A DNA stretch of 64,000 bases from an uncultured bacterium. Its GTDB lineage: Bacteria; SAR324; NAC60-12. How positions within the stretch are numbered: position 1 is the first letter of the stretch; the number at the start of each line of letters is the position of its first letter. The notes beneath the pieces are model-generated. The model was given only the letters and a program-made list of their open reading frames with translations, was not told the origin of the DNA and searched no databases. The translations under genes and the position numbers were made by a program. Below are positions 10,672 to 19,912 of the stretch, in pieces. Where the stretch lies: contig CBFIGY010000007.1 of the NCBI GenBank assembly GCA_965662235.1, positions 32,001-96,000 of the forward strand. Reading direction: 5' to 3'.

Positions 10672-10851
10672 GTGAAGATTTCCAGCCCCTGCATCCGCCA
10701 GTGCTCCCTCGATGAAACCCGGCACTGCCGAGGGTGCGGACGCTCCTTGGAAGAGATTGCCCGCTGGTCGGAAATGACTCCTGCGGAGCGGCATCAGGTG
10801 ATGCAGCGGCTGGCCAAGCGAGGTCCGGATCAGGCTCAAGGGGTGGCATGA
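10672..10851 (+). CDS. DUF1289 family small Cys-rich (predicted Fe-S) protein
   Basis: Not in ORF track (59 aa). GTG start; MKISSPCIRQCSLDETRHCRGCGRSLEEIARWSEM matches the SPCxxxC...CxGCxRxxxEIxxW pattern. Stop overlaps the MATE start (ATGA). Confidence 0.85.
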   Translation: MKISSPCIRQCSLDETRHCRGCGRSLEEIARWSEMTPAERHQVMQRLAKRGPDQAQGVA

Positions 10852-12239
10852 GCCGGATGGTGGCGTTTGGACAGGAAGCCCGGGAGATGCTGCGCATCGG
10901 GTTTCCCGTGATCGTCTCGCAGGTCCTGATGATGTCCATGCAGTTTGTGGACACGGTCATGTCCGGAAATGTCAGCCCCAACGACCTGGCGGCGATTGCG
11001 ACCGCCAGCGCACTTTACCACCCCGTTTTCTGCTTGGTGATTGGAGTCCTGCTCGCCATTACGCCGATTGTGGCGCAGCTCGATGGCGCCCGGAAGTGGA
11101 AGCGCATTGGCCCCAGCGTCCGGCAGGGCATTGGAGTGAGCCTAGTGCTGGCGGTGCTGAGCCTCTTCCTGCTTCCAAACCTGGAGCCCCTGCTCCTGTA
11201 CATGGATTATGCGCCCGAGGTGATTCGCATCACCGACGGCTACTTGGAGGCGCTCTGCTGGGGGCTTCCTGCCGCCTACCTCTTTTTGGCGCTCAAGCAC
11301 TTCCTAGAGGGGCTCGGCATCACGCGTCCGAACATGATCATTCATGTGCTGGGACTGGGGGCCAACGTTTTAGGAAACTACACCCTCATCTTCGGACACT
11401 TTGGCTTTCCCCGCTTGGGGGCTGTGGGGGCAGGGTGGACCACGGCGCTGGTGCACTGGGTCATGCTGGTGGCCCTAGTGGTTTACATCCTCCGGGCAAA
11501 GCGTCTCGAGTCCCTGAAGGTGCTGACGCACTGGGAAAGGCCACGTTGGGGGTACTGGCGAGAGATTCTGAAGATCGGCGTTCCCAGCGGACTCAGCCTG
11601 GCCGCGGAAGTGGGCATGTTTGCCATGATTGCGCTGCTGATGGGAACGTATGGGGTGACTGCGCTGGCGGCTCACCAGGTTGCGGTCAATGTGGCGGCGA
11701 TTACGTTCATGATTCCGCTTGGCCTGTCAGCGGCGATCACCAGTCGAGTGGGGCAGGCGGCGGGGCGTCGCAACTGGGAGGCGGTCCGGTTCCGTGGACG
11801 GGTAGGAATCCTGCTCAGCGTGGCGATCATGGTGGTCACGGCGAGCGGCTTTTTGCTCTTTCCGGAGGCGATCACGTCGCTGTACACGCAGGACACCGAG
11901 GTCCGGATGCTGGCGGTGCAGATGCTGGCGATGGCTGCGCTGTTTCAGTTTTCAGACGGCCTGCAGATTTCAGCGACCGGTGCCCTCCGGGGCCTCAAGG
12001 ACACTCGGGTGCCGATGATCAGCAACCTGCTTGCCTACTGGGGCGTTGGGCTCACGCTGGCGTATGGCCTGGGGTTCATCTGGAAGGCAGGGGCGATCAG
12101 CATGTGGTGGGGAATGGTGGCCGGACTCTCAACGGCGGCGTTGCTGCACAACCTCCGCTTTTATCAACTTTCCCGTCGCTTGGGAACGCGACCTCACCCA
12201 CCTCTGGCTCCTCTCGCCTCTGAGGCCGCTCCTTCGTAA
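10848..12239 (+). CDS. MATE family efflux transporter (NorM-like)
   Basis: FVDTVMSG, many TM segments, LAAHQVA, FQFSDGLQ...GALRGLKDTRVPM. Confidence 0.92.
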   Translation: MSRMVAFGQEAREMLRIGFPVIVSQVLMMSMQFVDTVMSGNVSPNDLAAIATASALYHPVFCLVIGVLLAITPIVAQLDGARKWKRIGPSVRQGIGVSLVLAVLSLFLLPNLEPLLLYMDYAPEVIRITDGYLEALCWGLPAAYLFLALKHFLEGLGITRPNMIIHVLGLGANVLGNYTLIFGHFGFPRLGAVGAGWTTALVHWVMLVALVVYILRAKRLESLKVLTHWERPRWGYWREILKIGVPSGLSLAAEVGMFAMIALLMGTYGVTALAAHQVAVNVAAITFMIPLGLSAAITSRVGQAAGRRNWEAVRFRGRVGILLSVAIMVVTASGFLLFPEAITSLYTQDTEVRMLAVQMLAMAALFQFSDGLQISATGALRGLKDTRVPMISNLLAYWGVGLTLAYGLGFIWKAGAISMWWGMVAGLSTAALLHNLRFYQLSRRLGTRPHPPLAPLASEAAPS

Positions 12240-12246
12240 AACGCGG

Positions 12247-12996
12247 CTACTGAGCCGTGGAAGAGGTCGCTCCGGGTAATGGAACCCGGAGGGTCTGATG
12301 CTCAAAAACGTCTCCGTTGGCGAGGTTCCGGAGGCGGAAGTCCATCCGCACATAAAAGAAACCAGCGCGAACTTCTAGAGTGACGGGAACCTGAAAGGTC
12401 CGGGAAGCCCCTTCCGGAAGCCACTGAACGTCAAACGCGGTGGGAGCCTGGAGCTGACTGCGCCACGTGTCCAACTGCACCTCAAACAGCAGGGGCTCGG
12501 TCCCCGGATTTTGAAGCGTGTAGGCTAGGCGGCCTTCCAGTTGGAACGTCTTCCCCTGCTTGCTCAGTTGGGGCTCCTGAAACTCCAAACCGGCAAGAGT
12601 CAACTGTGCCGCCTGAGGCTCATGATGCGTCAGGTAGAGACGCTGCACCGTCGCCTTCCACAGCGCCGCTCGGGTTCCGAGGTCCTCTGCCCGGACGTTG
12701 TTCAGCACCAATTCCAGGTCCTGGTCGCTGCCGATGCTGCCCAGCAGCTGCACGACCCGCCACAGGTGGTCGGGAGTCGGAGGCGCATAGACGGCTTCTC
12801 GGAGAACAGGAAGGCCCCACTCCGGGTGCTCCAGAAACGCCGAGGTCGCCTGCAGACGCTTGGCCAGGAGGGGCGAGTTCAGCTCCTGCAGGTACTGAGT
12901 CCGGAGCCGCTCTCGAAAGATTTCCTCAAAGTGCGCTGAGGCGTTTCCGGACACAAGCAGCAACGCCAGGCTCATCCACCACCACCGAACCATCAT
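12247..12996 (-). CDS. Hypothetical exported protein (helical N-half, beta-rich C-half)
   Basis: Signal-peptide-like N-terminus ending ASA; ATGA overlap with the glycosyltransferase stop. Confidence 0.6.
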   Translation of the reverse strand: MMVRWWWMSLALLLVSGNASAHFEEIFRERLRTQYLQELNSPLLAKRLQATSAFLEHPEWGLPVLREAVYAPPTPDHLWRVVQLLGSIGSDQDLELVLNNVRAEDLGTRAALWKATVQRLYLTHHEPQAAQLTLAGLEFQEPQLSKQGKTFQLEGRLAYTLQNPGTEPLLFEVQLDTWRSQLQAPTAFDVQWLPEGASRTFQVPVTLEVRAGFFYVRMDFRLRNLANGDVFEHQTLRVPLPGATSSTAQ

Positions 12997-14144
12997 GCTG
13001 CCAGCTGAGAGGTCTGCTGCGCCTGCCACTGCTGGTAGCCAAAGGCAATGGCTGCGAGCATCTGTTCCTTGTAGCGCTCCCGGCCGAACCGGGACGTGTT
13101 CTGCTCAAAGGCCTCTTGACGGAACTCGTGGTGCCGGGCTTCCATTTCCTCAATGCCCGCACAGAGGGCGTCCACGCTCTGGACGTCAAAGAAGATTCCG
13201 GTCTGTTCCGTAACGGTCTCCAGCGCTCCGCCGGCAGCATAGGCCAAAACGGGGGTGCCACAGGCCTGTGCTTCCAGCGGAGTGATGCCAAAGTCGTCTT
13301 CGCCCGGAAAGACAAAGGCCCGGGCCTGCTGATAGAGTGCCAGCAGTTCTGAAGACTCAAGCTCGCCCAAAAACTCAATGGTGGGTCCGGCGATGCCACG
13401 GCAGTACTCCTCATCCTGCCCCTTGCCCACAATCTTCAACGGCAGCTCCATCCGGTTGAACGCCTCAATGGCCAGATCCACGCGCTTGTTGGGAGCAAAC
13501 GCGCCGATCATCAGGTAAAAGTCCTGCTTCTCTGATCCGGGCTGAAAGTGATCCACATCAACTGGAGGATGAATGACCTGGGCCTCACGTCCGTAATACT
13601 CGCGGATCTTGCGCCGAACGTTGCGGCTGTTGCAGAGGTACGTGTGCACCCGGTCAGCCGTGTTGCGGTCCCAGCGCTTGAGGTAGGGGCGCACCAGTTC
13701 AGCGGCCATGCGGACAGAAGGAGACGTGCGTGGAGTCCGGAAGTAGGTGTCAAAGGCATCCCAGACGTAGCGCATGGGCGCATGGACGTAGGAGATGTGA
13801 TACGTGTGGGGGCCCGGACGAGCGCTCTTGGCAACACAGTGGCTGGTGCTGATGATGAGGTCGTATTGGTCAAACTTGAACGCCTCGATGGCCTTCGGGA
13901 GGATGGGGAGGAAGTGCCGGTAGTGGCTGATGCCGTATGGCATGTACTGGACGAAGGAGGTCCGGATGTCCATCTGCTCAATGGTGGGCGAAAGCCGGCC
14001 CCGCTGGTGGATGAGGGTGTACAGGGGCGCTTCCGGGAACAGCTCGCAGAGCACCTCCAGGCACTTTTCTCCGCCCCGCATGCCGTTGAGCCAGTCGTGC
14101 ACCAGAGCGATGCGACGTCCCTTCAATACGCTGGGTTGCGTCAT
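12993..14144 (-). CDS. Glycosyltransferase family 4
   Basis: VHDWLNGMRGGEK, KRVDLAIEAF, EDDFGITPLEAQACGTPV. Confidence 0.92.
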   Translation of the reverse strand: MTQPSVLKGRRIALVHDWLNGMRGGEKCLEVLCELFPEAPLYTLIHQRGRLSPTIEQMDIRTSFVQYMPYGISHYRHFLPILPKAIEAFKFDQYDLIISTSHCVAKSARPGPHTYHISYVHAPMRYVWDAFDTYFRTPRTSPSVRMAAELVRPYLKRWDRNTADRVHTYLCNSRNVRRKIREYYGREAQVIHPPVDVDHFQPGSEKQDFYLMIGAFAPNKRVDLAIEAFNRMELPLKIVGKGQDEEYCRGIAGPTIEFLGELESSELLALYQQARAFVFPGEDDFGITPLEAQACGTPVLAYAAGGALETVTEQTGIFFDVQSVDALCAGIEEMEARHHEFRQEAFEQNTSRFGRERYKEQMLAAIAFGYQQWQAQQTSQLAA

Positions 14145-14839
14145 GTGGTGAATTGCGGTTGCTGCTGAAGCCACGCAGGGAGGGCTTCAAGGTTAGGGAG
14201 TTGTGCAAAGCGCTCGTGTTGCGGCGGCTCCGCGTGTTCATGGGCCCAGGTGAGCTCATACGGAACGTGCACCGCGTGACCGCCAATTTCCAGCACCGGC
14301 AGGATGTCGGAGCGGAGGGAGTTTCCCACCATCAGGAAGCGTTCTGGCGCGACCTGGTGCTTGGTCAGCAGGCGCTGATACGTCGCGGGGTCCTTTTCCC
14401 GGACGATCTCAACGTCCTGAAAGCGTTCAGCGAGTCCGGAGCGTGCGATCTTGATTTCTTGGTCAAACAGGTCGCCTTTGGTGATCAGCATGAGCCGATA
14501 CTGTGGCGCCACGGCCTCCAGCACCTCCGCCACTCCGGGCAGGAGTTCCAGGGGAGAGTTCTGCATCTCCTTGCCGAAGTCGAGGATCTGCTTGATCTCA
14601 CTCCCGCTGATCTCTCCTTGAGTCAGCTCCACCGCGGTTTCAACCATAGAAAGGACAAATCCCTTGATGCCGTAGCCGAAGTACTGGAGGTTCTTCTTTT
14701 CCGTGGCATAGAGGGTCTGGTCCACCACCTCGGGATGGTAGGCATTGAGGATGCTCTGGAACCGCTCCTGCGTCCAGGAAAACAGACGCTCATTGTGCCA
14801 CAGGGTGTCATCGGCATCAAAGGCCAGAACATCAATCAT
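14141..14839 (-). CDS. HAD-superfamily hydrolase
   Basis: FDADDTLW motif I, ITKGD, MVGNSLRSD. Confidence 0.9.
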   Translation of the reverse strand: MIDVLAFDADDTLWHNERLFSWTQERFQSILNAYHPEVVDQTLYATEKKNLQYFGYGIKGFVLSMVETAVELTQGEISGSEIKQILDFGKEMQNSPLELLPGVAEVLEAVAPQYRLMLITKGDLFDQEIKIARSGLAERFQDVEIVREKDPATYQRLLTKHQVAPERFLMVGNSLRSDILPVLEIGGHAVHVPYELTWAHEHAEPPQHERFAQLPNLEALPAWLQQQPQFTT

Positions 14840-14848
14840 GCATCCCCC

Positions 14849-15493
14849 TCAGAGGAGGGGCTTGAGGTACTCGGCCACGGTTTCGCTGATGATCTGGTGC
14901 CCTTCGGGGTTGGGATGAATGCCATCGGAGATGTTTTTGTCGGGAACCCCTCCCACGTCCTTCAGCAGAAAGGGGATGAGGGCGACCTGGTGGGTGTCAG
15001 CGACCTCCGGGAAGGCTTCCCGGAAGTCGACCGTGTACTCGGGTCCGTAATTCAGTGGCATCTGCATGCCGGCCAGAAGCACCTTCATGCCCTGCTCCTG
15101 AGCAAAGCGGATGGTGGCTCCCAGGTTTTCCTTCATCTTGTCCACACTCAGGCCTCGGAGGCCATCGTTTGCGCCGAGGGCAAGGATGAGGACATCGGCC
15201 TGAGCGCGGGCGTACCAGCGGAGGCGTCCGAGGGCGCTGGCACTGGTGGAACCGCTGATGCCTGCGTTGACGATTTCCACATCGTAGCCTTGCTCCAGCA
15301 GGGCCTGTTCTAGCAGGAAGGGCCAAGCTTCTTCTTTTTCCACGCCGTATCCTTCGGTGAGGGAGTCTCCGAGGGCCAGCACCTTCACAGACGCCTGCGC
15401 TGGGCCTGCCCAGGAGAGCAGAAGAAGCAATCCGGCTCCCAGAAGGAGGGAGCCGAAGGGGTTAGATTTTTGCGCTGAGTTCCTTGATTTCAT
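14849..15493 (-). CDS. Arylesterase / acyl-CoA thioesterase I (GDSL, TesA-like)
   Basis: Signal peptide ending AQA, LGDSLTEGYG, NAGISG, LGANDGLRG, DGIHPN. Confidence 0.9.
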   Translation of the reverse strand: MKSRNSAQKSNPFGSLLLGAGLLLLLSWAGPAQASVKVLALGDSLTEGYGVEKEEAWPFLLEQALLEQGYDVEIVNAGISGSTSASALGRLRWYARAQADVLILALGANDGLRGLSVDKMKENLGATIRFAQEQGMKVLLAGMQMPLNYGPEYTVDFREAFPEVADTHQVALIPFLLKDVGGVPDKNISDGIHPNPEGHQIISETVAEYLKPLL

Positions 15494-17102
15494 GGTTGAG
15501 GATCCGGTCGTTGTCAGAGTAATCCACCGGCAACTCAATGACATGCACCCCATGGGTGTTGTGGCAGTGCTCCAGAAGCGGCAAGAACTCCTCGGTGCTG
15601 CCAACGCGATGTCCAATGGCGCCGTAAGCTTCTGCATACTTGACAAAATCCGGGTTGCCGAACTGAAGCCCAAAGTCCTCAAAGTTCATGTTGGCCTGCT
15701 TCCAGCGGATCATCCCATAGGAGTCATCGCGCAGAATGAGCACAACCACATGCATGTTGAGGCGGACGGCGGTTTCGAGCTCCTGGGAGTTCATCATGAA
15801 CCCGCCGTCTCCACAGATTGCCATGACCTTGCGGTCCGGATGGACCATCTTCGCACCCATTGCCGAGGGCAGTCCGGCGCCCATGGTCGCCAGGGCATTG
15901 TCCAGTAACACCGTATTTTGCTGGTAAGCAGCATAATTACGGGCAAACCAGATTTTGTAAACCCCATTGTCCAGACAGATGATGCCATCATCGGGCATGG
16001 CCTTACGGACATCGGCCACCATCCGTTGCGGTTTCATGGGGAAACCCGGATCGTCGGACCCTTCCTGGACATGCGCATCCATGGCCGCCTTGACGGTCTT
16101 GAAGTAGCTGAAGTCCCAGTGCTGCTGCGGAACAAGGTGTTCCTTGATCTGCCAGATTGAGTTGGCAATGTCGCCAATGACTTCATGCTGCGGGTAGTAA
16201 ACAGGGTCGACTTCAGCGCCGTAGAAGTTGATGTGAATGACGGTGGGGGTGTTGTTCTCCATGAAGAACGGAGGCTTCTCCACGTCATCGTGGCCGACGT
16301 TGAGGATCAGGTCCGCCTGCGCCACTGCCCGGTGCACGAAGTCACCTGCAGAGAGAGCCGCGTTGCCCAAGAAGAGCGGGTCTCGCTCATCCAGAACACC
16401 TTTGCCCATCTGGGTTGAAATAAACGGCATGCCGGTCGCGTCCACCAGTTCCCGGAGCATCTTCGAGGTCATCTTGCGGTTGGCACCAGCGCCAATGCAG
16501 AGCAGCGGGTGCTTGGCCTGCTCAATCATCTTGACGGCTTGAGCGATCGCCTTTTCTTCAGCAATCGGACGTCGAGCCCGGGTGGGTTCAATCACATGCG
16601 TCACCGCGTCTTCTGCCGCAACGTCTTCCGGAAGCTCAAGGTGGGCAGCGCCCGGACGCTCTTCCTGCATCACACGGAAGGCCTCTCGAACCCGAGCCGG
16701 GATGTTGTTGCCGCTGACGATCTGGTGCGTGAATTTGGTGAGCGGCTTCATCATTTCCACCACGTCTAGGATCTGAAACTTACCCTGCTTGCTGTGCTTG
16801 ACGGGTTTTTGTCCGGTGATCAGCAGCAGCGGAAAACCGGCCAGCTGAGCATAGGCTGAAGCCGTGACCAGGTTGGTGGCGCCCGGGCCCAGGGTGGACA
16901 TCGCCACACCCGGTTTGCCGGTCAAGCGTCCGTAGGTGGCTGCCATAAAGCCTGCCCCTTGCTCATGTCGAGTCAGAACCAGCTGAATCTTAGAGCCCTT
17001 GAGGGAGTTCAGCAGGTCGAGGTTTTCTTCTCCGGGGATGCCAAAGATGTGCTCAACACCTTCGGCTTCAAGAGCTTGAACGAGCAGGTCGGATGCTTTC
17101 AT
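15462..17102 (-). CDS. Acetolactate synthase large subunit (ThDP enzyme)
   Basis: FGIPGEENL, RHEQGAGF, TLGPGATN, GDGGFMMNSQELET. Confidence 0.92.
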   Translation of the reverse strand: MKASDLLVQALEAEGVEHIFGIPGEENLDLLNSLKGSKIQLVLTRHEQGAGFMAATYGRLTGKPGVAMSTLGPGATNLVTASAYAQLAGFPLLLITGQKPVKHSKQGKFQILDVVEMMKPLTKFTHQIVSGNNIPARVREAFRVMQEERPGAAHLELPEDVAAEDAVTHVIEPTRARRPIAEEKAIAQAVKMIEQAKHPLLCIGAGANRKMTSKMLRELVDATGMPFISTQMGKGVLDERDPLFLGNAALSAGDFVHRAVAQADLILNVGHDDVEKPPFFMENNTPTVIHINFYGAEVDPVYYPQHEVIGDIANSIWQIKEHLVPQQHWDFSYFKTVKAAMDAHVQEGSDDPGFPMKPQRMVADVRKAMPDDGIICLDNGVYKIWFARNYAAYQQNTVLLDNALATMGAGLPSAMGAKMVHPDRKVMAICGDGGFMMNSQELETAVRLNMHVVVLILRDDSYGMIRWKQANMNFEDFGLQFGNPDFVKYAEAYGAIGHRVGSTEEFLPLLEHCHNTHGVHVIELPVDYSDNDRILNHEIKELSAKI

Positions 17103-17215
17103 AACGGTCTCATGGTGCGGTGATGGTCAGATCGGTTGAGGACGGGTTGCGTGGTTCTCTCAACAAACACAGGCGATAACTATCCTGTCCCGTGTGGTTT
17201 TTGCAAGCTAAGACC

Positions 17216-18145
17216 TCAGCAGGACTGCAGATAGGCTTCGACTTGGGCTCGCACGGGCATTGGGTTGACTGCGCCATAGCCCTGAGTGGAGAGTGCGGCG
17301 GCAGCGTTGGCATAAACGGCGGCTTCAAAAGGAGAACGTCCGGCGACCCATTCCGCCAGGAAGGCGCCATCAAAGGTGTCTCCCGCGCCGGTTGCATCGA
17401 CTGCAGCCACCGTAAAGCCGGGAATCCGCTGGCGCTCGGTAGCAGTGGCGACCCACACCCCCTCGGCCCCCAGAGTCAACGCCACCACGGAGGCGCCGAG
17501 ATTCAGGTAGAAGTCGAGAATGGCTTCGGGCTGCTCCAGACCGGTCAGCTGGATGGCATCCTCTAGTCCGGGCAACACCAGGTCACACTGTCGGACGGCC
17601 TCGTGGATCAGCGCCCGTGCGCGATTCAGCGACCACAGCTTCAGACGGAGGTTGGTGTCAAAGGACACCTTCACCCCAAGGCTCCGGGCCTCGGCCATTA
17701 GGGCAAACACGGTGTCACAGGCGCTGCTGGAGATGGCCTGACTGATTCCGGAGGTGTGGAGCATCTGGGCTCCGGTGAGGGCTTCTGGAGGAAAACTGGC
17801 AGGCGTCATGCGGCTGGCAGCGGAACCAGCACGGAGGTAACTGAATTGATGTCCGGACGCGTGGTGGGTCACAAAGTACACCCCGGTGGGCGCATCCGGA
17901 TCCTGAATGACCTGCCGAGTGTCCAACCCCTCCTGCTGCCACAACGCCTGCAACTGTTCCCCAAAGGCATCGGCGCCAATTCGGGTGAGGAGACCAACGC
18001 GAGCGCCTTGGCGCGCTGCCGCGATGGCACAGTTCGAGGTGTCGCCACCAAAGCCGGGCAGGTAGCGACCGTCGGACTGCTGGTTTAATTCCACCAGCGG
18101 CTCACCTAGGCAGAAGATCTCCGGGGTCGATGAAGCCGGAGTCAT
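17216..18145 (-). CDS. PfkB-family sugar kinase (KdgK-like)
   Basis: GEPLVE, GGDTSN, FDTNLRLKLW, DATGAGDTF; ATGA overlap with the nagB stop. Confidence 0.85.
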   Translation of the reverse strand: MTPASSTPEIFCLGEPLVELNQQSDGRYLPGFGGDTSNCAIAAARQGARVGLLTRIGADAFGEQLQALWQQEGLDTRQVIQDPDAPTGVYFVTHHASGHQFSYLRAGSAASRMTPASFPPEALTGAQMLHTSGISQAISSSACDTVFALMAEARSLGVKVSFDTNLRLKLWSLNRARALIHEAVRQCDLVLPGLEDAIQLTGLEQPEAILDFYLNLGASVVALTLGAEGVWVATATERQRIPGFTVAAVDATGAGDTFDGAFLAEWVAGRSPFEAAVYANAAAALSTQGYGAVNPMPVRAQVEAYLQSC

Positions 18146-18927
18146 TGATACTGTTGCCATTCCAGTTTGTTCCGTTCCACCCACTTGTAGTGGTCCTTGT
18201 AGGTCAGCAGGTAAGCGGCCTCTTCATCGAGTACCACTGTCACCCGTTGGTGCATCTGCAGCACCGAAGCCGGGCACATTCCGGTCACCGGCCCCTCAAT
18301 CATGCGACGGATGGCGTCGGCCTTCTTGGCTCCTGTGGCCAGCAACAGGCACTGCCGCGCCTCCATGATGGTGGCAATCCCCATGGTGAGCACATGCCGA
18401 GGCACCCGCTCCGGGTTTTCAAAGTAAATGGCGTTGTCCCGGATGGTCTGCTCGCTGAGGATCTTCAGCCAGGTCCGGGACGCCAAGGAGCCCGTGGGTT
18501 CATTGAAGCCGATGTGCCCGTTCGAACCAATCCCCAGCACCTGAAGGTCAATGCCGCCGGCTGCAGAAATCTTGCGCTCGTACCCGCGACAGGCGTCCCG
18601 GAGGTCCTCGGACATGCCATCGGGAAGATGCACGTTGCTGGCGTCAATGTCAATGTGATCAAACAGGTTGGAGTGCATGTAGTAGTAGTAAGACCGCTCA
18701 TCCTCCCGGGGCAACCCCACATACTCGTCAAGGTTGAAGGTCTGGCAGTGCTTGAAGCTCAGCCCCTCCTCCTGATGCAGGCGCACCAACTCCTGGTACA
18801 GCCGCAACGGCGTTCCTCCCGTTGCCAACCCCAGCACCGGGCGCTCTTTTGTCCGAAGTTGACGCGTCACCACTTGAGCTGCAACGGCTGCGCAGGCCTC
18901 CGGCGTGTCCCGAATCAGAATTTCCAT
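18142..18927 (-). CDS. nagB: Glucosamine-6-phosphate deaminase
   Basis: LGLATGGTP, TFNLDEY, LGIGSNGHIGFNEP, TMGIATI. Confidence 0.95.
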   Translation of the reverse strand: MEILIRDTPEACAAVAAQVVTRQLRTKERPVLGLATGGTPLRLYQELVRLHQEEGLSFKHCQTFNLDEYVGLPREDERSYYYYMHSNLFDHIDIDASNVHLPDGMSEDLRDACRGYERKISAAGGIDLQVLGIGSNGHIGFNEPTGSLASRTWLKILSEQTIRDNAIYFENPERVPRHVLTMGIATIMEARQCLLLATGAKKADAIRRMIEGPVTGMCPASVLQMHQRVTVVLDEEAAYLLTYKDHYKWVERNKLEWQQYQ

Positions 18928-18944
18928 GCCCTTCCTCGTGTTAT

Positions 18945-18958
18945 TGTTATCGATAACA
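18945..18958. promoter_or_regulatory. Perfect 14-bp palindrome TGTTATCGATAACA, LacI-family-like operator
   Basis: Lies between the nagB -10 box and its start codon; central CG with TGTTA/TAACA arms. Confidence 0.6.
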
Positions 18959-18969
18959 TTGAGGGGCTC

Positions 18970-18998
18970 AGAATAATGGGAGTGGGCCTGGGAGTCAA
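18970..18998 (-). promoter_or_regulatory. Candidate sigma70 promoter for nagB-kinase
   Basis: Minus strand TTGACT-N17-TATTCT. Confidence 0.55.
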
Positions 18999-19033
18999 GT
19001 AGCGGACGTGTGAAAAAATGGGGAAGGGAAGGG

Positions 19034-19912
19034 TCAGGGAGAGAGGAGCCGGGAGAGGTGGCCCTGCACGCCTTCGAGAAGCTGCTGGGCCTGGGAGGCC
19101 TCGACGTTCAGTCGGGCCATCACGAGCGCGGTTTTGACGTGTCCGTTTGCGGCATCTAGGAGGCGTTCCGCCGTTTCGGAATCTACCTGCCCAACGCGCT
19201 CAACGATTCCTCGGGCCCGTCGCGCCAGCTTGGCGTTGGTGATCTGGACATCAACCATGAGGTTTTCAAACGTCTTCCCCAGCTGCACCATCACTCCGGT
19301 GCTGATCATGTTCAGGACCATTTTTTGGGCCGTGCCGGCTTTGAGTCGGGTGGAGCCGGTCAGCACCTCCGGACCGACAGGAAGGGCAATGGCCACCTGC
19401 GCTTGCTCCAGCAGGGGCGCCGGCTCATTGCAGGAAATGCCAACGGTGAGGGCCCCATGCGCACGAGCGTGCTCTAGACCGCCGAGGACATAGGGGGTGG
19501 AGCCACTGGCTGCGATGCCGACCAGCACATCAGGTGCCTGAAACTGCCGGTCCTGCAGGTCCCGGACGGCCTGATCGCGGTCGTCTTCAGCGCCTTCCAC
19601 AGCGTGCAGAAGCGCCGAGGGCCCTCCTGCAATCAGCGCCTGCACCAGCTCAGGTGGGGTGCCAAAGGTCGGGACACATTCTGCTGCATCCAGAACCCCC
19701 AGCCGTCCGCTGGTTCCGGCTCCCAGGTAAAACAGCCGCCCGCCCGCTTGCAGCTGCGCACTGATCTGTGCCACGGCTTCCGCGACCTGCGGCAGAGCCT
19801 GCTGAACGGTGGCGGCAACAGAGGCGTCTTCTGCGTTCATCGCGGTGACCAGCTCCAGCGGCGAGAGGCGGTCGAGGTTCCGGGTCCGGGCGTTGACTTG
19901 TTCGGTAAGCAT
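19034..19912 (-). CDS. murQ: N-acetylmuramic acid 6-phosphate etherase
   Basis: LTEQVN, GAGTSGRLGVLDAAEC, AVEGAED, GPEVLTGSTRLKAGTAQK. Confidence 0.95.
   Translation of the reverse strand: MLTEQVNARTRNLDRLSPLELVTAMNAEDASVAATVQQALPQVAEAVAQISAQLQAGGRLFYLGAGTSGRLGVLDAAECVPTFGTPPELVQALIAGGPSALLHAVEGAEDDRDQAVRDLQDRQFQAPDVLVGIAASGSTPYVLGGLEHARAHGALTVGISCNEPAPLLEQAQVAIALPVGPEVLTGSTRLKAGTAQKMVLNMISTGVMVQLGKTFENLMVDVQITNAKLARRARGIVERVGQVDSETAERLLDAANGHVKTALVMARLNVEASQAQQLLEGVQGHLSRLLSP

Noticed and set aside
9000..10715. 571-aa plus-strand ORF
   Set aside because: Antisense shadow of ftsH, expected from GC-rich codon bias; no motifs.
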